From the NCBI GenBank assembly GCA_020184695.1, contig JAANOX010000277.1, positions 65,879 through 129,878 of the forward strand: a stretch of 64,000 bases of DNA, written 5' to 3'. This DNA is from Histomonas meleagridis 2922-C6/04-290x. Lineage: Eukaryota; Protista; Parabasalia. Below, piece after piece: positions 1 to 8,945 of this stretch. Position numbers and translations under genes: made by a program. Numbering within the stretch: the first letter of the stretch is position 1; every line of letters starts with the position of its first letter. A model generated the notes under the pieces. That model ran no database searches and was not told where the DNA came from. It saw only the letters and a list, made by a program, of their open reading frames with translations.

Positions 1-2
1 GG

Positions 3-821
3 CCAATTGCTATTAGTAAAGAAACTCTCATATACTTTTTTGTGGAGAGAGGTGTCTCAAGATATGATATTTCACGTAAATTTTTTTGTTTTGATATCCC
101 AGTTAAAAATTCTAGCTTAGAATCATTAGCAATAACTTTTATAAGGTTTGGTTGAGGTTCAAGTTGTTCTAAGGATTTTATTGATGTTCCAGAAATGTCT
201 AAAATTCTTAAATCTGGCTGCTTTCCTAAGGTTTCAAGTGAATCAATTTGTAGATCTTTCAGACAAATTAATCCATCCTTTGGCTGAATTGCTCTGTTTT
301 CAGTTTTGCAGCCTTCCATTTACACTATTGGGGTGCCCCAAACAAAAATGGAAAAAGAAACAACAGAAAATCAATATACTTATTTTTGGTACAAAAGAAA
401 ATCTAATTTTTCTGTTTTCAGAGTCGATCTTAACCCTTACTTTTTTTCAAATATGGAATCAATCATTAGACATATTATGAATCATTTAAAATTAAATCGA
501 ACACCTTCATTTTATATTGAAAAGGATGGAACTGGTTCAACTGTAAAAGCTGATGGTATAACGGAGATTAGAAATAAACAAGTAATAATTGTTGAAAATG
601 GAATGACACCATCAAGATGTTCTCCAGGGTTTATGAAGGAACACCGAAACATTGAAATTGTTGATAAGCTTTTTGCGTCATGGAATGACCTTATTGCTAA
701 ACTGAAAAAAAATAATCCACAAAATAGCGATACACCAATTCATGTTTTATTTGATTCAAATGGTGATTTTACCCCACGCTTCTTCGATGTTGCAAAAGAA
801 TTTGGTATTTCCGAAAGTTAA
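3..821 (+). pseudogene. Hypothetical protein frame, 5'-truncated by the window edge and interrupted by two in-frame TGA codons
   Basis: Frame 3..821 is open except for TGA at 153-155 and 285-287. The ORF track shows only the 306..821 part. No recognisable family. Confidence 0.4.
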
Positions 822-972
822 AACTTACATTATTAAGAATTCATAAACAAATGTTAACACATACTAAATTTTAATATATATTTTAATGTTAAAAAACAAG
901 ATTATAGACAATAAAAAGAAATGGGTAATTAAATTTTTAAATACACATATATAGATTGGAATGCATTTTTTT

Positions 973-1308
973 CTAACCCCATGTTTTTTTTGGTGATCTC
1001 TTTATATAATATTTAGGAGAGCAACTTGATTTTTGCTGGGGTTTTTCAATTAACATGAAGGAATTATATTCCTCTAAATCATTTTCATTTATCGAAAAAG
1101 AGTTATTTGCTGAGTATGCATCAATAGTTTGAAACAAGTAGCTAATTTCATTTTTTAATTCATCTATTTTATCTTCCGTTGTAATACTATTTTTTGCTTG
1201 GCTTTGGAATAAATCAGTACTATCGAGTTCGTGAATTGTCATCGTTTTTGACCTGCCATATGATCTTTTTGGGGAGTCTTTTGAATGGCTTGAAAAAAGG
1301 GAGCTCAT
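973..1308 (-). CDS. Hypothetical protein, 111 aa
   Basis: ATG-initiated ORF with plausible composition; no recognisable motif. Confidence 0.5.
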   Translation of the reverse strand: MSSLFSSHSKDSPKRSYGRSKTMTIHELDSTDLFQSQAKNSITTEDKIDELKNEISYLFQTIDAYSANNSFSINENDLEEYNSFMLIEKPQQKSSCSPKYYIKRSPKKTWG

Positions 1309-1506
1309 GTTTTCGCTTTGTTTTTAAAGTTCTCCAACACCAAAAAAATAAATAAATGACGATAACAACAATTCAATAATTTATATATGATAAAGTATTG
1401 AATATTGAACTTTATAAACTTCAGTTTGCTTATAAAAAATGTTTATAAATAGTTTTTATTTTAAGTAAATTCGTTTTATTTCATTCACTCCGATTCAATA
1501 CATTTA

Positions 1507-2592
1507 TTATTTTTTTGTTTGCTGTTTACCTTTTTTTCTTTGTCTTTCTTCATACTGCTGTACTTTACTTGTTTCGTAAACTGTTTTTCTTGCTTTTTCT
1601 GGCGTTTGTGTCTTCGTCGTTGATGCCCCTGAACTTTTATCCTTTCGAATCGTATTCTGTGTCTTTGCTCTTGATTTTGTAGCACTTTCTTTGCTTCCTC
1701 CTTGTTGATACCAAAACGCGCCTCTTTGGTCCAAATAGACAAGTGCCTCTTTCACAAGCGATGATATCTTTTCATCCTCTTTTTTGCCAAAGTTTTCGGC
1801 TCCGCTACTGATTGATGCTTCGATTTCATCTTGAAGCTCAAGGAGGTAATCATAATCAAGTTGAAGTTCGCCAAGAAATTGCTTTTTGTCTTCTGTAACA
1901 GTAAGAGGAGCAACTTTTTCCGGTAAAAGTTCTGCTGTTTTCGCAAGTTTTTGTTCATCGATTTCTTGTCGTGGAGCTGATCGATCTCGGGTCCCAATTG
2001 TCTTACGTTGATGCGTGACAGTGAAGTTTGGATTTGCTTGGAAGAGTTCTTGGCCATTAATGGAATCAAGAATGGCTGATCTGCATTTGATGACGCCATC
2101 ACGAAATGCAGATATGTCTTTGCGAATAAAAAGACCACGTTGGAAGAAGACAAGTGCAAATTCAAACTCGCCCATTGAGAAATAAGCTTCAGCTTTGGTA
2201 AGAATTGCTTTGGGATTTTTTTCGTTATCTTTTAGAACAGCATCAACATCACGAATGGCATCCTCTGGTTGACCAACTTGAATATAACAGTTAGCACGAT
2301 CAATTAATATGTTAGGATCTTCTTTTTGCATTTCCATTGCTTGGGTAAATGCATCAATTGCACGATGATATTCTTTGGCTTTATAAAGTGTACCACCTTC
2401 TGAAACAAGAGCTTTATATTTAAGGTTTTTAACTTCTTCGGATGATATTGGTTTCCCTGTTTTCTTTTTTGTAATTGTTACTACTTCACCTGTTTCTTCG
2501 TCGACCTTTTTAATTGTTTGATCTTTTCCAAGAAGCTTTGCTGTCATTTGGAGACGAAGGTTGTATGCTGTGTTTGTGTTGAAGGTAGTCAT
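1507..2592 (-). CDS. TTC25: TPR protein, TTC25/ODAD4 (outer dynein arm docking complex)-like
   Basis: Three TPRs (ALVSEGGTLYKAKEYHRAIDAF...; KAEAYFSMGEFEFALVFFQRG...) followed by LGELQLDYDYL and YLDQRGAFWYQQ, resembling the TTC25 N-terminal half. Confidence 0.7.
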   Translation of the reverse strand: MTTFNTNTAYNLRLQMTAKLLGKDQTIKKVDEETGEVVTITKKKTGKPISSEEVKNLKYKALVSEGGTLYKAKEYHRAIDAFTQAMEMQKEDPNILIDRANCYIQVGQPEDAIRDVDAVLKDNEKNPKAILTKAEAYFSMGEFEFALVFFQRGLFIRKDISAFRDGVIKCRSAILDSINGQELFQANPNFTVTHQRKTIGTRDRSAPRQEIDEQKLAKTAELLPEKVAPLTVTEDKKQFLGELQLDYDYLLELQDEIEASISSGAENFGKKEDEKISSLVKEALVYLDQRGAFWYQQGGSKESATKSRAKTQNTIRKDKSSGASTTKTQTPEKARKTVYETSKVQQYEERQRKKGKQQTKK

Positions 2593-2669
2593 TTATTTCC
2601 TAAATAACGTATTTAGACCGTTTATATTGGGGTGGTGCAAAAATAATTTCATATCACATACCACAACCC

Positions 2670-3631
2670 ATGAATGAAAAAAGTTCTGCAATCATTATCA
2701 AACATATGAACTTAAACTGGGATGAAATGTGGATTCGAAAGAACTTTTCACGTTTTGGTACAATAGTTAATATTGATATACCAATTCATAGAAATGGTAA
2801 GAAAAAAGGATTTGGCTTTGTCGAATATTCGAAAGAAGATGAGGCAAAAGCAGCATTAGAAGAGTTAAGTATTTTTATTTTTTAACTTCAGGTAATGGAA
2901 CGATTGATAATCAAACCATAGCGGTTGAACCCTTTAATACAATTGATACATACAGGTATAGCGATGAAGAGTTTTCAGATTATGACGATAATGGTGGTAA
3001 AGAAAAGGCAGCCTATATCAAAATTCCAAGAAGAGATATTTCGGGTAAATACAACAACATTCCACGTCCTTCTACACCACCAGATCTTCCTCCAATGCCA
3101 CCGCCTCAAGCGCCTCCAATTGAGCTTCTTTACTCACAAAATCAAGAGGAAGAAAAACCGCCCAAAGAAGAATCAACAGAAGAAAGCAAAGAAACAAAGC
3201 GAAAAAAGGAAGATTCCAAACGCAAGAAAGGAAGCCGCGATTCCAGGGATGATAAGGGAAGCCGAAGTTCGAGATACGAAAGAGATAAAGAATCACGAAG
3301 AGATCGCGAAGACAGAGAGTCACGAAGGGATAGAGAGGAAAGGGAATCCCGAAGAGACCGTGAAGACAGAGAATCGCGAAGAGATCGAGATCGCGATGAT
3401 CGCGATTCAAGGAGAAACAGACGCGACCGCGACCGAGAAAGCGACCGATCTAAAGAATCGCGCTCTCATGGCGATAGGCACAAGGAGCGAAAAGATGTCG
3501 ACTGGAGCGAAAAGAAAGACAAGGAAAAAGAGCGCGAAAGGAGGCACGAGCGCGAAAGGAGCCGCGAAAGGTCGAGATCTCCACCGAGGCGCGTCAGAGG
3601 AGAATTTTCAGGTCGACATCACAGAGATTGA
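2670..3631 (+). CDS. RRM protein with RD/RE/RS-rich tail (SR-like splicing factor), one 23-nt intron
   Basis: RNP1 KGFGFVEY in 2670..2868. Removing 2869-2891 joins the RRM in frame to the 3095..3631 frame with RRDREDRES repeats and RSRSPPR. Confidence 0.8.
2869..2891 (+). other. Short canonical spliceosomal intron (23 nt)
   Basis: GTATTTTTATTTTTTAACTTCAG: GT donor, TTAAC branch-like motif, CAG acceptor. Removal restores the reading frame. Confidence 0.8.
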
Positions 3632-3697
3632 ATTTAGTGATTTGCATAATAAATTTGAGAAATTGTGTGAAATGGTATATATAAGTTACAAAATCTT

Positions 3698-6252
3698 TTA
3701 AGGTATTATTAAAAAGATGTAAGAAATTAAAAGAAATTTTAATAACTCAGAGCGTGCATAAAAAAATGCTGTTTTAAATATATTGAATAATTTCCAAATA
3801 TTAACTCACAACACCATAATATAAAAAATTTATAGTGAATAAAGCAGAAAAATATCTTTTACATTAATATCAATTCCTTTTTGTGCAATAAGTAATTTAA
3901 CTATTTCTATATAATCATACCAAGATGCTATCATAAGTGCTGTTCTAAATAATTTAAATAATTCCCAGATATTATTATGAAACAAAAAACAATTAAAATA
4001 AATTTCAAATAACACAAATAAAAAATTTGATCATTTATATTAATTCCTTCTTTTTCAAGAAGTAATTTAACGATTGTTATATGACCTTTTGAAGATGCTA
4101 TCATAAGGGGTGTCCAAAATATTTAAAATAATTTCCAAATATAATTTTGAAACATCAAATTATTATTATAAATTACATTTTTATAATTAATATTTATATC
4201 TTTTTGTGCAAGAAATAATTTGACAATTTCAAGGTGATTACTTCTAATTGCAATTGTAAGTGATGTTTCATAATTTTTTAAATATTTCTATGAAATCCAA
4301 AATTTTTAAAACATATATTAAATAAACAAAACAAATCATTGGGGCATTGACATTAATATTTTTATGTGCAAGAAGCAATTTAACTACTTCAATGTAACCT
4401 AAATCAGATGCAGCCATAATTGGTGTATAAAATATATTATATAATTTTCGAATATTACATTGAATTACCAAATAAGTTAAAAATAAATAAATACTTACTG
4501 TATTAACATCGATATCTTTACGTTTATAAAGTAACTTAACATAATTTACGAAATTTTTTTTTGTTGCCATCATAAGTGCTGTACGAAATTATTCAAATAA
4601 TTTCTGAATATTATTTTTAAATAAAAAATTCCTAAAAAAAAATATTGAATAAAACAAATAAAAATTCATAATATTGATATTAATTTCTTTTTGCGTAAGG
4701 CAGAATTTGACTAATTTTGTGTTTCTATTATAAATTGCCTTTTTAAGTTCAAGGCCAAAAAAGTATATTAAATTCCATGTTTAAAGAAAAAATATCAAAT
4801 TATTAAAATAATATTTAAATAAAAGAAAATATCTTTTATATCAATATCTATTTTTTCACGTTTTGTAATGAATTTATATATTTCAGAACAATTTTTCTTT
4901 AGCCATAAAATCATTGATACTTCATATTCAAATTTAATCATTTTTTGATTGTATAAATATTTGAAAAGTTCTTTATTTCTTGATCTGATAGAAGAATACA
5001 AAATATTTTTCACATGCGTTTTAGTCTATTTTAAAAAATAATCAGCAAGAAAAATATTTCCTGTTATTATAGATTCTTTTATACATTCCTTATCAATTCT
5101 CATTCCTTCTTTTATTAAAAATGCTAAAATTTCAAAGTTATAATATCTAATACATATTTTTCCTAATTTATATATATTAATAACTTTGTAACTTTTATTT
5201 TCATAAAGATAATGAAAAATATCATTACGATGAAACATAATTGCTGTTTCATATGAATCTTCAAATGATGAATGATTTTGTTCACATAAATGAATTCCCT
5301 CTAATTTCCACTTGCAACTGCATATTTACTTGTATCTTCTATTTCAGCGCAATTTATAAGTAAATGACGAAAACATTTAACTGATCCAAAAAATGCTGTA
5401 TATTCAATTAATGAAACACCTTTTTTATTAATAAAATCACATCTTTCATTAAGTGATGGTTCAATAATTTGATTGAAATCAAAATTTGTTTGTGATGATA
5501 TTTCTTGAAGTTTTCCTATTTCATCATTTCGAATTATTTTTGCAATATCATTTGGATTATATCCTTCTTTAACATATTGTTTATGAAGTTCCCAATCAAT
5601 TGCTGATCGTTTTTTATAATTTTCCAAATATATATATATATAAATATATAAATGAATAAAAATATAGGCCATCATTAAGGTATTCATAGTAATCTTCATC
5701 ATCAGAGTAGTCATCATCAAAGTTATTTACATCAAAGTAATCAGAGGAAGTTATTTCTTCAGCTTTTTTATAATGCGCAAAATATAATGATTTCTTATTT
5801 TGTATTATTTCTTTTTTAATTAATTTATTTTCATACATTTTTTGAAGAAAATAATTTGATTCCTGTGTTCTAAGGGAAAATAAGAAATTTGCAAAAACAT
5901 CAATGACTTTATATATCTTTGGTTTCAGGAACTTAAAAATTTTTTTCTTCTTTCGCTTGAAGTAATTCCATGTAATCAAAACAAACGGTGAGATTTTGAT
6001 TTTTTGACTTAAAATAAAAATAAATTAATTTACATATTATTATATTATATTATATGAATATAGATATTGATCTACAATAAATTTTAAAGTGGATTCAAAT
6101 GATTGAATAATATTATTTTCATTTAAATTAAATACAGTAGTCTCCAGATTTTGATAAATTTGAAGATTTTTATGGGGATTTCTTTCTTTTAGTGTTTGGA
6201 TGTTTTTATCTTTTTGTTTTTTTCCTGTGGTGAGTGATTTCAACTTCCGCAT
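3698..6252 (-). pseudogene. DUF3447-type ankyrin repeat gene (copy 1), disabled, with 7 inter-repeat spacers
   Basis: Family N-terminus (VFNLNENNIIQS) and DUF3447-like LIEYTAFFGSVKCF...AIMFHRNDIF. In-frame stops at 6040-6042 and 5026-5028, plus a stop and 1-nt deletion near 5295-5303. Spacers: 4754-4830 (77), 4583-4663 (81), 4427-4492 (66), 4267-4336 (70), 4114-4176 (63), 3944-4023 (80), 3773-3853 (81). Confidence 0.8.
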
Positions 6253-6360
6253 TTAAAGTTCACTCGAGTAATTTTGTTTCAATTGAGATTCAATTTTAAA
6301 AATAATTTAATCGTTTTCTGATTCAAAAATGTATCGTATCAAACACTTTTTTATTACAGT

Positions 6361-7215
6361 ATGAGAACAAAATCAACGGAAGAACTTTCACCTATTCAAA
6401 ATATTTTGTGTGGTTTTGCAGGAGTTGTAATTCCTCGAACAATGTTTGCACCATTGGAATCAATTAAAATTATTGCTATCAATAATGACGGCAAACCTTT
6501 ATTCTCAGCTCTTAAGAAAAAAATAGTGACTGAAGGTATCCCGTCTCTATGGAATGGCTTTTTATGTGATTGGATCCGAATTCCACCACAGTTTGTTGTG
6601 CGTTATATTTTAGCCAATTCCATGAAAAAGATTAATCCAAATGGGCCAAAATGGCTTATAGACCAAGCGTCGGCCTTAGCGTCTGTTACTATGTTTCATC
6701 CTCTAGATGTTATTCATACTCTCATGACATATGATATTCGAAAATATCCATCAATATCTAAAACCATGGCCACCATTCTTAAAGAGGATGGTATTTCTGG
6801 GTTATACAGAGGTTTAGTACCTACAATTTTAGGTTATATTCCATATCATTCCACACAATATTTTTCCACATTTCTCTTTAATCGACTTCAGCAATTCACG
6901 CCACGTAATGCTAGCTATTCTTTCTCCAACGATGCTCTCCTTAGCATTGCCGTTGTTACTCTGGCACAAGGTATCACATATCCATTCGAAGTTGTCCGAA
7001 AGCGAATGATGACAGACGAAAAATTCCGCAAAAAATCGTTTGTGGATGTGTTTAAGCATATATATAAAACGCGAGGATTGAGGGGATTTTATGATTCGTT
7101 CGGAATTTCGATGTGCAGAGTGATTCCAGTGATTTGGATACAACAAGCTGCAACAAGAGAATTCAGAGCGCTTTCGGCGAGATTTAACTATCAAATGAAA
7201 TATCATAAGTTTTAA
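6361..7215 (+). CDS. Mitochondrial carrier family (SLC25) protein, probably hydrogenosomal
   Basis: Three carrier signatures (PLESIK, PLDVIH, PFEVVRKR) and EGIPSLWNG / DGISGLYRG / RGLRGFY motifs. Confidence 0.9.
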   Translation: MRTKSTEELSPIQNILCGFAGVVIPRTMFAPLESIKIIAINNDGKPLFSALKKKIVTEGIPSLWNGFLCDWIRIPPQFVVRYILANSMKKINPNGPKWLIDQASALASVTMFHPLDVIHTLMTYDIRKYPSISKTMATILKEDGISGLYRGLVPTILGYIPYHSTQYFSTFLFNRLQQFTPRNASYSFSNDALLSIAVVTLAQGITYPFEVVRKRMMTDEKFRKKSFVDVFKHIYKTRGLRGFYDSFGISMCRVIPVIWIQQAATREFRALSARFNYQMKYHKF

Positions 7216-7934
7216 ATAATAAAAATATGTTTATATTGTTTTAATATATATGAACTGAATCATCATTTAAAGATGAAATTTGAGAAATGAATTAATAATG
7301 AAACTCATTTATCGAACTAACTTAAATTTTATTTGTTAAAAAAATGTATATTCATTATTATTTGATCTGATTCAAAATTTATAACAACAGTTTAATAAGG
7401 ATTTTTTTCACATCATTGGGAAAAAAATAAATTTCAATAATTGCAAATTAATGTATAAAAGAAAAAATAATCAAAATAATGTGTAACAAAGAAATATATA
7501 TATTTTGATCAAAATGTTTGCAGACTGAGATTGCCATGAAAAACCTGTAAAAGGGTGAAAGAACTATGAACTTACAACTAAAAAAATTTACTCCTAACTT
7601 TAATCATTTGATGCTTTTTTAATATACTATAGCATTAATCATCGATAACATTAAAAAATATATATTTATTTTTTCGATTTAAATTTGTAATTTTCCCAAT
7701 ACTCCTATTTTTCACACACATTAACATGGATCTTTTTCTCGATTTTCTTTTTATATTTGAAATAACTAATTTTTATGGAAATGTTAAAATATCTATTAGC
7801 AAACAAATTGTTTATTAATTTATGAAATATTTTCATTTTCTTATTCTATTTATGCACACAAAATATATATAAAACATAAAGAATATTTAATATTAAATTT
7901 TTATTTATTTCTTCCACACACAAACACCAAATGT

Positions 7935-8597
7935 TTACTTTGATATCTTCTTGAAAAGTCTCGATCTTCCCTGCAAAAGTTCATATGGCGAGTCGAGATA
8001 TTTAAACGGAGTAAAGTTACGTAATGGCGTTGGAATACAAATCATTGACTTTGGAAAACATTCCATCAACACGTGTTTTGACGGCAATAATTTGTGAACA
8101 TAATTACAATTTTCTTTGTGAATGCAAGCTTCTTCTTTGCAGATGGAAGAAGAAAGCCTATCTGTTGGAACAAAAGACGAGTGAACGATCCTCCCAGCAT
8201 AAAATCGATTTTCTAAAGCAATATGAGCAGCCATTGCTTCATCACATTCAGCATATCGAACAAAAACATTGCCTTGTAAGTGAGGGCTTAAGTTTGATGC
8301 TACAAACATGTCTTCTACTTTCCCAAATTGCTGTAATTCAAGAAAAATATCCATAAAAAAGGCATCAAATGATTGTTGAAGTAGAGATTCGGGAAAACAG
8401 CATTCTCCTTGTGGAAGAAAAGATGTGAAAAGAGTTGGGTTTGGGTAAAGATGATGGAATACAAGACAACGACTCATCGGAGATGTCATATGAAGAAATT
8501 GGCAAAATTTACCACGAGGGCAGCATCCAGTTTTTTCGAAAAATGGACAAATTGTTGGGTCTCGCTCTTTTTGTGTGTTTTCCTCTTTTGTTGCCAT
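7935..8597 (-). CDS. U2AF small subunit (U2AF35/ZRSR2)-like CCCH-UHM-CCCH protein
   Basis: CPFFEKTGCCPRGKFCQFLH, UHM (FGKVEDMFVASNLSPHLQGNVFVRY...RFYAGR) and a second CCCH. Likely ATG at 8597; the track starts at an upstream GTG. Confidence 0.85.
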   Translation of the reverse strand: MATKEENTQKERDPTICPFFEKTGCCPRGKFCQFLHMTSPMSRCLVFHHLYPNPTLFTSFLPQGECCFPESLLQQSFDAFFMDIFLELQQFGKVEDMFVASNLSPHLQGNVFVRYAECDEAMAAHIALENRFYAGRIVHSSFVPTDRLSSSICKEEACIHKENCNYVHKLLPSKHVLMECFPKSMICIPTPLRNFTPFKYLDSPYELLQGRSRLFKKISK

Positions 8598-8945
8598 ACA
8601 CCCAAAATTAAAAGTTCTTGTAAATAACCGTCGATGCCGTTTAACCGTTATCACATTGAATTTGATTACTCAAAAAGTTGTTCATTTAACGGTCGCTTTC
8701 ACACAACATTTTTTGATGAATAAAAATTTCAAAATAGGATTTTAAAATTTTATATGCCATTTCATTAATCTTCTATTTTCTAGAATGTGTTTATGATTAT
8801 GGAATTAGTTTATCATTGTTTTCCTCAAATATTTTATCAAACACACAATTCAAAACTCGTTTTATCATTATAATTTTGGAATCTTTATTAATATTTTCTT
8901 GTTGTTTTTGTTTAATTAACTCAATTACTGCTGCGGAAACATAAA

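Noticed and set aside
2925-3701. 258-aa overlapping ORF in the RS-rich gene
   Set aside because: It is an alternative frame of purine-rich repeats; the spliced RRM frame explains the locus.
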